This document shows positions 11,288 to 20,661 of a stretch of DNA of 64,000 nucleotides, piece after piece. The position numbers were made by a program, and so were the translations under genes. This DNA is from an uncultured Verrucomicrobiae bacterium (GTDB taxonomy: Bacteria > Verrucomicrobiota > Verrucomicrobiia > Limisphaerales > UBA11358), in the NCBI GenBank assembly GCA_963845665.1, contig CAWJTA010000004.1, forward strand, positions 64,428 through 128,427. Reading direction: 5' to 3'. How positions within the stretch are numbered: position 1 is the stretch's first letter; each line of letters starts with the position of its first letter. The notes below the pieces were generated by a model. The model saw nothing but the letters and a program-made list of their open reading frames with translations, made no database searches and was not told where the DNA came from.

Positions 11288-11857
11288 ATGCTTCCGGCCA
11301 GTTTGAAAATTCTTGTGGCCATTACCGGGGCCAGCGGCGCGCTCTACGCGCAACGGTTGCTGGACAATCTGAACCCGCGCGAACACGAAATCCACGTCGT
11401 GCAAAGCAATTACGCGCAGCAGGTTATCGCGGCGGAATTGCCGGGCGGCCTGAAGCTTCCTGAAGGCGCGAAGCTGCACGGCCTTAAGAGCATGAATGCC
11501 CCCTTCGCCAGCGGCTCGAATCCGCCAGACGCGATGATCGTCATTCCCTGCACCATGGGCACCATGGGCCGTATTGCCCACGGCTACAGTGAGGATGTAT
11601 TGTTGCGAGCGGCGGATGTCGTCCTGAAAGAGAAGAAAAAGCTGGTCGTCGTACCGCGCGAAACGCCGCTTAGCCTGGTCCATGTCAGGAACATGGAATT
11701 GCTTCTGCTTGCCGGCGCGACGATTTTGCCGGCCAACCCGACTTTCTATTCCGGGGCAAAAACAATTGTTGAGCTGGCCGACACGGTCGTTGCGCGCGTG
11801 CTCGATCACCTTGGCGTCAAAAATAATTTGGCGCCACGTTGGGCGGAGCCCGAGTAA
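11288..11857 (+). CDS. ubiX: Flavin prenyltransferase UbiX (MqnM role likely)
   Basis: ITGASG, SGS, PCTMGT, LKE, PRETP, PANPTFY; alternative GTG start at 11279. Confidence 0.93.
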   Translation: MLPASLKILVAITGASGALYAQRLLDNLNPREHEIHVVQSNYAQQVIAAELPGGLKLPEGAKLHGLKSMNAPFASGSNPPDAMIVIPCTMGTMGRIAHGYSEDVLLRAADVVLKEKKKLVVVPRETPLSLVHVRNMELLLLAGATILPANPTFYSGAKTIVELADTVVARVLDHLGVKNNLAPRWAEPE

Positions 11858-11967
11858 ACGATTTTGGATTAGTGGATAAATGGACCTATGGATTGTTGGG
11901 AGCATGCCGAGAGGCAGGCGAGTTCGGTCATCAATCCATCAATTCATTAATCCGATAATCCAATTCG

Positions 11968-13632
11968 TTAGGGTTGTTGGTGGAAGGGATGGCCTGATTT
12001 ATACGAATTCACCAAAGGCTCATTTGCCGTGACGAGGCTGGTTTCTCCGCGCTCCAAAGCCAGCGAACGAGCCTGATCTGCCGCGGCGATGGCGTCGGCG
12101 AAGCGTCCGGCCTCGGCGTACGCTGCCGCGAGGGTATAGATAAGGGCAGGCTCGTGGTATTGGGTTAAGTCGCAGGCCCGTCGGGCCAAAATTACCGCGC
12201 GATTGCCATCGCGCAATTGTGTGTCCGAATCCGTCGCGAGCAAGGTGGCCAGGTTATTCATGGCGTAAATTGAGTTCGTATCCATTTGCAGGGCGTCCTG
12301 GTATTGCGCCTCAGCGTCCCTGTCGCGATGTTCCAATTGAGCATTGATTCCGAGCTTGAGAGATGTGTCGGCATATCCGGTTCCAAACAGCTGTGACAGG
12401 GCCTTCAGTGTTGCCGTCTTTCCGCCGTTGTAAACAAATTTGCCGATCGGAGACTGTGACTGATTTGCAGACTGGAGGTCTTGAAAAAGGACATTGTACT
12501 GCAAGGTCGCGATACCCATCGTTAATAAGATTACGGTTATGACAATTGGCGAAAGGAGCCGAAAGGTCGGGCGTACCGCCCAAGCGGCGGGCTTAGTTGA
12601 AGCCGTTTCCGGGTGCAAGCCAAGATGGTCGATCCATAAGATGCCCAGGATGATGAGGCTCAGAGGAAGGACCTCCATAAAATCGCGAACTTCACTGATA
12701 CCCGGAGCCCTGGCAAATAGAAAAAGCCCGCCAATAAAGGCGGCGATCACCGTCATGTAAGGCAGGAAACGCCTTTGCCAGCCCAGGACAAAAACAGCGG
12801 TCAGCGTCCCGGCGTTCACGAAAAAAATGCTATTCAACGTCGGTGAAAAAAGAGCCCTCAGGTTATCGAAAATGCCGCCTTCAAAAGCGGACGGACTGAA
12901 CGATCCGCGGAGGTGGAGAGCGTCTCCGGGCGAAAACATCGGCGCGGCGATCTGCAGATTGCTTAAGAGCCAATTTTTCCCTGCCAGGTAAACAATCACA
13001 AGGCTGGCAAACAGCAGAGCTTTCCTTTTCCAGTCCCATTGTTCCACGAATAAAATCAGCAACGCGCAGACAAGCGCGGTTTCCTTGAAAAATGCGCCCG
13101 CGCAAATGGCTGCTGCCATCATCCAAATCTTTCGGCGTTCGAAGAACAAAATCGCCAGCGTGAAAAAGAACATGGCCGGCATGTCCCATGGATAAAAATA
13201 GGGCCCGGAGGTGGGCGAAAAATTATACATGAGACCAGCAAAAATGCCGAGATTGACAAACAAGGAATAGCGGAGAGCGAAGATAATGCAGACAAACAAC
13301 AACAAGAGCCAGCACGCGTGATAGAGTCCAAAAATGTTTATGAGGCTGTGGAGCTGGGCCGCATCGCCGCTATTTTCGACCAGTGAAGAGTCTGTTAAAG
13401 CGCCGGTAAGCAGCAAGCCCGACATGCGTCCATTCCATTGCGGGCCCATGAAAGGCTGATCCAGCCGGAAAAGCTTTTCGGAGCCGGCAGTGAAGACGTT
13501 GAAACTCATGGGATTGCCGTAGGCGAAGAAATTTCTCACCAGGTAGAAATAAGCGACAGCCAGTGAAACGGCTACGAACAACTCAAAAAGCAGAGGCCGC
13601 CATCGGGCCCATTGCGTCTGTGTCGAATTCAT
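11968..13632 (-). CDS. Polytopic membrane protein (GT-C-like) with C-terminal TPR domain
   Basis: About 10 hydrophobic segments, YPWDMP and FFKET motifs; C-terminal NNLATLLAT...RDGNRAVILARRAC...TLAAAYAEAGRF TPR region. Confidence 0.6.
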   Translation of the reverse strand: MNSTQTQWARWRPLLFELFVAVSLAVAYFYLVRNFFAYGNPMSFNVFTAGSEKLFRLDQPFMGPQWNGRMSGLLLTGALTDSSLVENSGDAAQLHSLINIFGLYHACWLLLLFVCIIFALRYSLFVNLGIFAGLMYNFSPTSGPYFYPWDMPAMFFFTLAILFFERRKIWMMAAAICAGAFFKETALVCALLILFVEQWDWKRKALLFASLVIVYLAGKNWLLSNLQIAAPMFSPGDALHLRGSFSPSAFEGGIFDNLRALFSPTLNSIFFVNAGTLTAVFVLGWQRRFLPYMTVIAAFIGGLFLFARAPGISEVRDFMEVLPLSLIILGILWIDHLGLHPETASTKPAAWAVRPTFRLLSPIVITVILLTMGIATLQYNVLFQDLQSANQSQSPIGKFVYNGGKTATLKALSQLFGTGYADTSLKLGINAQLEHRDRDAEAQYQDALQMDTNSIYAMNNLATLLATDSDTQLRDGNRAVILARRACDLTQYHEPALIYTLAAAYAEAGRFADAIAAADQARSLALERGETSLVTANEPLVNSYKSGHPFHQQP

Positions 13633-13656
13633 TATCCCTGGAGTAATCGTGGCGTT

Positions 13657-15156
13657 TCAATTTGGGGCCGCGCCCGCGCTGGCCGGGGTTGTAACAGGAA
13701 TGCCTGCGGGCGAATTTGCCGGTTCAAGATATTTTGCCACAAGCGCCGCCACAAAAACCAATGCAACGCAGGCCGCGTAAATTCCCGCAAGACGGATGAC
13801 CCATTTGCGAACCGGGCGTTGACCGGAAACCAGCATATTCGCGCCGCAGACGATGACCGTGAGCATGGCAATGAACAAAGGGATTCGTTCCATCGTTTCA
13901 TGGACGGGAGATTCCAACCAGAGTTCCCATTGGATTGCACGCATGCCGAAGTGATTTCTAATCACCATTGACCACTGCGAATCAGCCGTACTGGCCGCCT
14001 GGGACAGGATATAAAGAAAATTATATCCGTACGCGCGGTCCAGGCCGTAGTCTATTACAAAAGCGATCGCACTGACGGCAGCAAAGCCGATTAATAACTT
14101 GCGCCACAGGCCGCTGTAGGCTGCATAGGAAATCACCAAAAAGGGCAGGAACCAGTAATAATATTGCCCGCCAAAGCCCGGTCCAAGGCCAGGAATTGCA
14201 AGGAATGCCAGCGCGATATAAAGAACCGTCTCACGGTCACTCAGGCAGTCGTGTTTCCACAAATGACGCCAGGTCAACACCATGATGCCAATGCCCAACA
14301 GATAGAAGGCATCGTCAAAATATGTCGTCAACTTATCCATCCCCATGGCATGCAGGAAACCGGGGAAGCCGAAGAAAATGCCCCTGGCGCGGTATTCCAG
14401 CACGTTATGCAAAACCTCCGATGGCGCTAAAACGAAGATGACGCTCATGCCGAGGGCCACCGGCCCCAGGACCAGGGTCGTTCCCAAAAGCCTTTCGGAG
14501 GCGCCGGCTTTGCGGAAACCGCCCGCGAGCAAAGGAATAAAAGCCAATGGCACAGTTTTTGTCAAAATGCCAAGACCCAGGAACAGGCAGGCACAGAGCC
14601 AGTCCATAAGGTTTTTTGAGGCGTTGTATCGCAAGAGACTGGCTGCGGCTAACAGGACCCATAACGCCACCAGCACGTCAAAGTTGCAGTGCTGGCATAC
14701 GAGAAAGACAGCCACCGGGTTCAGGGCGATTCCGAGCATTCCTATGGCCCGGGTTTTTGCGGCCGGAGCGATCGTTTGCATCAAGCGCATCGTCTGGACG
14801 ATGACGGCCGATTCAACAAGGACGAGAAAAAGCTGAAGGACGCGGAAAAAGGGGACATTGAGGAAATCGGCTATTTTGGAAATGAGAAAGACACACTGCA
14901 TCCAGAGAGGGGGCCAATTGAATAAGTTGTCGGCCTGATAGGGGTTTATTCCGGACTTCAGGAGGTCGGCCTGATGTCCCCACGAAAACGCATCAAATGA
15001 GCGGGCCTTGTCCGGAACCATGCAAATGAAAGCCATTCGTACCGCCCAGGAAGCAATCAATACAATAAATATGTCGCGCCAAAGTGAATTTGAAGGCCGG
15101 CTGGAGATTTCGATTGTCTGCGCGATGGAATCAGCCTCTGTTTCTACGGCTTCCAT
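13657..15156 (-). CDS. GT-C fold membrane glycosyltransferase (GT87/PIG-M-like)
   Basis: Many TM helices; PYQ...FNWPP loop, NP..H.NFD, LGILTKTVP, QYYYWFLP motifs. Confidence 0.65.
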   Translation of the reverse strand: MEAVETEADSIAQTIEISSRPSNSLWRDIFIVLIASWAVRMAFICMVPDKARSFDAFSWGHQADLLKSGINPYQADNLFNWPPLWMQCVFLISKIADFLNVPFFRVLQLFLVLVESAVIVQTMRLMQTIAPAAKTRAIGMLGIALNPVAVFLVCQHCNFDVLVALWVLLAAASLLRYNASKNLMDWLCACLFLGLGILTKTVPLAFIPLLAGGFRKAGASERLLGTTLVLGPVALGMSVIFVLAPSEVLHNVLEYRARGIFFGFPGFLHAMGMDKLTTYFDDAFYLLGIGIMVLTWRHLWKHDCLSDRETVLYIALAFLAIPGLGPGFGGQYYYWFLPFLVISYAAYSGLWRKLLIGFAAVSAIAFVIDYGLDRAYGYNFLYILSQAASTADSQWSMVIRNHFGMRAIQWELWLESPVHETMERIPLFIAMLTVIVCGANMLVSGQRPVRKWVIRLAGIYAACVALVFVAALVAKYLEPANSPAGIPVTTPASAGAAPN

Positions 15157-15341
15157 AAATAAGCTGGGTTCGAGTTGCTCTTATGAATGGAATCATAGCC
15201 GTTGGAGACCAAAAAGCCAGATTATTGGCGTCTCATTTCGAGAGGAGGGCGAGAATGAGAACGGTGATTCCACTTGAAAAATTTGTGGATAAGCATGATG
15301 GCGCCGTTATGATGTGTTGCCCGCGCAAAATGCCGGGGAAA

Positions 15342-16238
15342 ATGATATCTGCGATACAGAAATGGGGAAGTTTCGTGCGTTTTTCGCATACGGTGTTTGC
15401 GCTGCCTTTTGCGCTGGCGGCCATGATGATTGCCGCGCGCGGGCATCATGGGTGGCCGGGTTGGAGGACGTTTCTGCTGATTCTTGCGGCAATGGTTTCG
15501 GCGCGAACCTGCGCGATGGCTTTCAACCGCATTGTGGACCGCAAGTTCGACGCGCTCAACCCACGGACAAAAAACCGGCATTTGCCGACAGGTCAAATCT
15601 CCTTGGCCGGCGCTATTTTGCTTTGCGCCTTTTCTGCGGGGGGGCTGGTTATTGCCAGCTATTTTCTCAACCCCATTTGTTTTTATCTGTCGCCGGCAGC
15701 GCTCATTGTCATCTGCTTTTACTCGCTGACTAAGCGATTTACCGATTACACGCACGTGTTTCTCGGCATCGCATTGGCCCTGGCCCCCATCGGCGCATGG
15801 CTGGCGGTAAGAGGCACGGAGGTTTCGGCCGGAGAAGTTGTTCAAATGACCGTCCTTGCGCTTTCGGTAGTACTGTGGCTGGTGGGCTTTGATATTATTT
15901 ATGCGCTTCAGGACCATGACTTTGACAAAGCGCATGGGCTGCGTTCCCTCGTTGTTGCGTGGGGACACAATAACGCCCTGGCCGCCGCCTTCCTTGCCCA
16001 TATGGTCATGTGCGGCCTGTTGCTGGCCTTTGGATTCCTTTGCGGTTTCCGTATCGCGTATCTCATTGGCTGGTTCATCATTGTCGGCTGTCTTTCATTG
16101 GAACATTGGATTGCCCGGCGCCGCAGCTTGAACTGGATCAATCTTGCGTTCTTCCGTCTTAACGCGCTGGTCAGCGCCGTGTTTTTTGTTGTTGTCGCCA
16201 CGGAAGTTGTCTTTCCCGGACCGTTTTCGATTCGATAA
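15342..16238 (+). CDS. ubiA: UbiA-family prenyltransferase (MqnP-like)
   Basis: FSHTVFALPFA, NRIVDRKFDALNPRT.NR, YSLTKR, GFDIIYA.QD..FD; start placed at MISAIQK. Confidence 0.9.
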   Translation: MISAIQKWGSFVRFSHTVFALPFALAAMMIAARGHHGWPGWRTFLLILAAMVSARTCAMAFNRIVDRKFDALNPRTKNRHLPTGQISLAGAILLCAFSAGGLVIASYFLNPICFYLSPAALIVICFYSLTKRFTDYTHVFLGIALALAPIGAWLAVRGTEVSAGEVVQMTVLALSVVLWLVGFDIIYALQDHDFDKAHGLRSLVVAWGHNNALAAAFLAHMVMCGLLLAFGFLCGFRIAYLIGWFIIVGCLSLEHWIARRRSLNWINLAFFRLNALVSAVFFVVVATEVVFPGPFSIR

Positions 16239-16297
16239 AATCCTGAATTGGTCCGGAATTCGGCAACTTGGCATAAATCCAGCTAAAGGAGTTTTCC

Positions 16298-17044
16298 ATG
16301 GACACTTTTTCTCAGTTTTACGGAACCGGACTACATTCAGAAGATTCTGAGTCGCCCAACGATAATGCCGGGCGCAAGCTCGTCGCCTTTGTTCTCCGCG
16401 AATTTTTTGAAGGACTCGTCTCGCTGCGAACCCAGGACCTGATCGCCAATCTTTTGGATCTCAATGCGATTGAACAGTTTATTGGCAAGCGGGAGCGCTG
16501 CGACGTCGGCGCGTTGCTCCGGCAAAGTCTCGAACGCCATCAATTGGCCGCCGCGCGCAGGCAAATTGTTTTCCTGAGCGGCATTTCAGGGGGACTCTGG
16601 GCGCAGGCTGATCCGATTGTCCTCAGGCGTGTCTTCGATAAAGTCATTTCCAACGCTGTAAAATATTCTCCTCCCAATTCGACCATCCAGGTGCATGCCC
16701 TGCCTGAAAACGGCAATATCACGGTCAATGTCCGTGACCAGGGTATGGGCATTAATGAGGAAGGCCGGCAAAGACTTTTCCAGAAATTTGCGCAGCTTGT
16801 GGCTTGTCCCTCAGGCGCCCCGTGTTCGGCGGGCGTTCGGCTGGCCATTGTCAAGAAATTGGCCGAAACACTGTCCGGTTCCGTTCGCTGGCGCAGCGCG
16901 CTGGGGTCCGGTTCCACCTTCACCTTGAAATTGCCCATTTCGGCCAGCTCTGTGGAATCCGAAGACGCGCCTGATATCACGATGCTCGCGCGAAATATCG
17001 TGGAACTGCCGGAACCGGCGCCGCGATTTGCGGCCAGGAATTAA
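16298..17044 (+). CDS. Stand-alone HATPase_c domain protein (truncated histidine-kinase-like)
   Basis: N box (SNAVKYS), G1 (DQGMGI), F box (LFQKF), degenerate G2 (AGVRLAIVK), GSGSTF; no H box. Confidence 0.75.
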   Translation: MDTFSQFYGTGLHSEDSESPNDNAGRKLVAFVLREFFEGLVSLRTQDLIANLLDLNAIEQFIGKRERCDVGALLRQSLERHQLAAARRQIVFLSGISGGLWAQADPIVLRRVFDKVISNAVKYSPPNSTIQVHALPENGNITVNVRDQGMGINEEGRQRLFQKFAQLVACPSGAPCSAGVRLAIVKKLAETLSGSVRWRSALGSGSTFTLKLPISASSVESEDAPDITMLARNIVELPEPAPRFAARN

Positions 17045-17151
17045 GGCCGGGTCGGTCGTGTTCTGGCGGGTGAGTTGATCGGTTGAGTCTCTTCAGTTCG
17101 TATTCCATTAAACTGCTTTCAAAAGCTCCGTCGTCTGCTAACTTAAATTCA

Positions 17152-18321
17152 ATGAATTTTTTCGTTCAGCGAAGCGAGCTGCGGGACATTTATGACAAGG
17201 TTGTGGCGGGTGAACGGATTTCCGAAGCGGACGCGTTGCGACTGTTTGAATCCAGGGACCTCAATGCCCTGGGCGCAATAGCGGATTTTGCGCGCCAGCG
17301 CAAAGTGGGCAATCGTGCCAGTTATATCGTCAACCGGTACATCAATTATTCCAATTATTGTATTCTTTCCTGTCAGTTTTGCTCTTTTGCCCGCAAGAAA
17401 CGGGACGCGGATGGTTTTCAATTTACCGTTGAGGAAATCGTAGAGAAGGCCCGTGAGGCGCTTAAAATCGGCATCACAGAACTTCACATCGTGGGGGGAT
17501 TGCACCCGTCGCTGCCGTTCAGCTATTACACGGAGATGCTTCGCGCATTGAAAAATCTTGATTCGCGCCTGCAACTGAAATGTTTCACCGCCATCGAAAT
17601 CCTGCATCTGGCGTGGCTCGCCAAAAAATCCGTGGAACAGACGCTTATTGAATTGAAGGACGCCGGCCTCGAATCCCTGACCGGCGGCGGCGCGGAAATC
17701 TTTCGCAAGGAAGTCCGCAGTTCGATCGCTCGTGGAAAGGAATCCGCGGAGGAATATTTGGACGTTCATCGCATCTGGCACCGGCTCGGCGGGCGCAGCA
17801 CGTGCACGATGCTATACGGCCACGTCGAGAGTCTGGCTGACCGTGTGGACCACCTGCGGCAACTGCGCGCGCTGCAGGACGAAACCGGCGGTTTCGTTGG
17901 CTTTGTTCCACTCGCCTATCAGCCCAAAGACAACGATATTCCGGTTGATCATCCGCCGACCGGTTTTGATTCCCTTCGGACTATCGCCATCAGCCGCATC
18001 TATCTGGACAATTTCGACCATATTACCGCCTATTGGGTCGGCCTTGGCCTCAAGCTGGCTCAAGTCGCGTTAAGTTACGGGGCGGATGATTTGCATGGGA
18101 CGATCGTTGAGGAACATATATTCCATATGGCCGGGGCTGAATCGCCGCAACTCCAGACGGAGGCGGACATGCTCAAAGCCATTCGCGAAGCTGGTCGTAC
18201 GCCTGTTCAGCGCAACACGTTCTACAAGCCGATTAAGATTCTGGAAAACGGGACTCTCGCCCAGCCCGGCGAAAACTCCGGTCACTCCAAGGTCCTGGAA
18301 GAAAATCTGGCGACGGCGTGA
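17152..18321 (+). CDS. mqnE: Aminofutalosine synthase (radical SAM)
   Basis: INYSNYCILSCQFC CxxxCxxC, HIVGG, GGGAEIF, TMLYGH, HITAYW, GADDLHGT; near ubiA and ubiX. Confidence 0.85.
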   Translation: MNFFVQRSELRDIYDKVVAGERISEADALRLFESRDLNALGAIADFARQRKVGNRASYIVNRYINYSNYCILSCQFCSFARKKRDADGFQFTVEEIVEKAREALKIGITELHIVGGLHPSLPFSYYTEMLRALKNLDSRLQLKCFTAIEILHLAWLAKKSVEQTLIELKDAGLESLTGGGAEIFRKEVRSSIARGKESAEEYLDVHRIWHRLGGRSTCTMLYGHVESLADRVDHLRQLRALQDETGGFVGFVPLAYQPKDNDIPVDHPPTGFDSLRTIAISRIYLDNFDHITAYWVGLGLKLAQVALSYGADDLHGTIVEEHIFHMAGAESPQLQTEADMLKAIREAGRTPVQRNTFYKPIKILENGTLAQPGENSGHSKVLEENLATA

Positions 18322-18437
18322 CCGTCTTTGCTGAAAAGTCTGATTTTCCTCTTCGTTGTTTAACGTTCGATGTTCGAGTTATGGGATCACTATTAACGCT
18401 GAATATCGAACTCTCAACCGCAGCGAACTTTCAACGA

Positions 18438-19625
18438 TTATAGCCGTTCCGGCTGTTGCATCAAACGGGCGATCCGCTGGAGCAAGCGGCCTGCTGCGCC
18501 GCCATCGAGCACGCGGTGATCAAAACTGAGCGTCAAATAAGCTTCGATGACCGGCACAAATTGGCCTTTCTTATCGTCCCAATGCGGTGCGGGGAGCCCG
18601 GCGCCCATGCCTAATACGAGCGTTTGTTCGGGCAAGGGAATGGGCGTGGCCCACGTGAGCCCAAACGTTCCAAAGTTCGTGACGGTGGCTATTGAGCCGC
18701 CGGTGGCGTCGGACGGGAGCTTCCGTTGGCGGGCCAGTTCTACAAGGTCATTGTAACGGTCCGTCAGGTCGCGCAGCCCTTTTTGATCAGCCTGGCGGAT
18801 GACCGGGACCAGCACGCCGTCCTCGGCTTCGACGGCAAAGCCAACGTCGATCGAACCGGGATGAACGATTTTGTTTCCAACGAGACGGCCGGCGGGCGCG
18901 GAGTTTTCTGAAAGCGCTATGGCCAGGGCGCGCAATGCATAAAGGGCCGGGCCGGGTTTCGGGTCCAGCGTTTTTCTGTGCGCCAGGACCGCATCCAACT
19001 GGACGGGCATGCCAACGCTTGCCAGCGGCCGTGTCCAACTGCGGCGCATTGCGTCCGCCACGGCCACGCGCATTGACGAGGCGGCGCTCATTTTATGTTT
19101 TTCCAGGCCGGTGATGAATTTTTCAAAGTCTTCTATGGTGACGCGCCCGGCGGCGCCGCTGCCGGCCACGCCGGCCAAATCCGCCGCGCTCAAACCCAGT
19201 TCCGCCATGCGCGCCTTAAGGCGCGGTGAAAGATAGCTGGCCCCGGCGGCGTTGGCCGGAACGGGCAGGCCGCGCACTGTCGGCTGCACTCGGGTGCGGC
19301 CGTTGGAGCCGGCTTTGGGGATACGGTCGGTGTCCGAGGTTTTTGCCTGAGCCCCGGTATCCAGGCCAAGCCGAACGGCTTCTTCCTTTGTCGCCTCGAT
19401 AAAGCCCAGCACCGCGTCCACGGCGTAACTCTCGTTGAGCTGGGCCGAAAAGGTTTCAATGATGCCGGCGCAGGGCGACGTCACGGTCATCGTGGCTTTG
19501 TTTGTTTCGACTTCGATGATTCCCTGGTCAGCCGAGACGTTGTCCCCGGGCTTAACGAGGAAAGCGACGATGTTTGCCTCGGCGATGGCTTCGCCAAACT
19601 GGGGCATGGTGATTGAGACGCGCAT
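18438..19625 (-). CDS. 2-oxoacid dehydrogenase E2 (dihydrolipoamide acyltransferase)
   Basis: One lipoyl domain (EVETNKA), E3/E1-binding domain (SPR...GSG..GRVT..D), catalytic DHRVLDG. Confidence 0.9.
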   Translation of the reverse strand: MRVSITMPQFGEAIAEANIVAFLVKPGDNVSADQGIIEVETNKATMTVTSPCAGIIETFSAQLNESYAVDAVLGFIEATKEEAVRLGLDTGAQAKTSDTDRIPKAGSNGRTRVQPTVRGLPVPANAAGASYLSPRLKARMAELGLSAADLAGVAGSGAAGRVTIEDFEKFITGLEKHKMSAASSMRVAVADAMRRSWTRPLASVGMPVQLDAVLAHRKTLDPKPGPALYALRALAIALSENSAPAGRLVGNKIVHPGSIDVGFAVEAEDGVLVPVIRQADQKGLRDLTDRYNDLVELARQRKLPSDATGGSIATVTNFGTFGLTWATPIPLPEQTLVLGMGAGLPAPHWDDKKGQFVPVIEAYLTLSFDHRVLDGGAAGRLLQRIARLMQQPERL

Positions 19626-19655
19626 ACGATTAAAAGCTTTTAACGAGGGGCGAAT

Positions 19656-20621
19656 TCATTGCCTTAAAAGGTTTCTTGCCGCGGCGGCCACACTGCGTGC
19701 GGTCGGCCGGTGTGCTTTCCAAAGATTCGGGTGATAGGGGACGGGCGTGTCCCTGGCGTTGAGACGTTGGGGCGGGGCATCCAGCAGGCCGAAGCCTTCG
19801 GCGGCCACGCGAGAAACGATTTCAGCCGTCACACCACCCCATGGCCACGCTTCGCCGACGCACAGAAGCTTTCCCGTTCGCGCGACGCTCGCCACGATCG
19901 TGTCCGTGTCCAACGGTTTCACCGACCGCAAATCAACAACCTCGATTTCCCAGCCTTCGCTGGAAAGTTCGTTGGCGGCTTCAATGGATTCGTGGAGCAT
20001 CGCACTGTAGGTGACGATCGTCAGGTCGCGGCCTTCGCGCGCGATTCGCGCCTTGCCAACTGGCAGCGCTTCAAGCGGTAATTTATCAGCCTTAAGATGG
20101 TAATAGAGAAACCGGTGCTCACAGAATATGACCGGATCATCCAGGGCAACGGCCTCCAGGAGCATCGAGTAGGCGTCTTCGACCGTGGCAGGCATGAGGA
20201 CGATCAAACCCGGATAATGTGCGTAGAGAGCTTCGATGCACTGGCTGTGAAACGGGCCGCTGCCCACGGTCCCGCCAAAGGGCAGCCGCACTGTGATGGG
20301 GCAGGGCACCTTTGTGCGCCAGAATAACGTACCGGCCTGATTGACGATTTGATTAAAACCCACGAGCGAGAAATCGGCAAATTGCATTTCTATAATGGGC
20401 CGCATCCCTTCGATGGCCGCGCCCACCGCCATCCCGACCATCGCATCCTCGGAAATGGGAGAATCCAGCACGCGTCCGGGAAATTCCACCGCAAGGTTCT
20501 TCGTGGCTTTAAACGCTCCGCCAAATGCGCCAACGTCCTGCCCGTAGATAAAAACTCGCGGGTCGTCGCGCAATGCGCGCGCCTGCGCTTCACGAATGGC
20601 TTCCAGATAAGTCAGGCTCAC
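19656..20621 (-). CDS. 2-oxoacid dehydrogenase E1 beta subunit
   Basis: GQDVG..GG.F, DSPISE, EMQFADF, GPFHSQ, VIDL-like VVDLRS. Confidence 0.92.
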   Translation of the reverse strand: MSLTYLEAIREAQARALRDDPRVFIYGQDVGAFGGAFKATKNLAVEFPGRVLDSPISEDAMVGMAVGAAIEGMRPIIEMQFADFSLVGFNQIVNQAGTLFWRTKVPCPITVRLPFGGTVGSGPFHSQCIEALYAHYPGLIVLMPATVEDAYSMLLEAVALDDPVIFCEHRFLYYHLKADKLPLEALPVGKARIAREGRDLTIVTYSAMLHESIEAANELSSEGWEIEVVDLRSVKPLDTDTIVASVARTGKLLCVGEAWPWGGVTAEIVSRVAAEGFGLLDAPPQRLNARDTPVPYHPNLWKAHRPTARSVAAAARNLLRQ

Positions 20622-20661
20622 AGCAGCAGTGTCCGGGATGGATTGAATAAATGGGTCTGTT

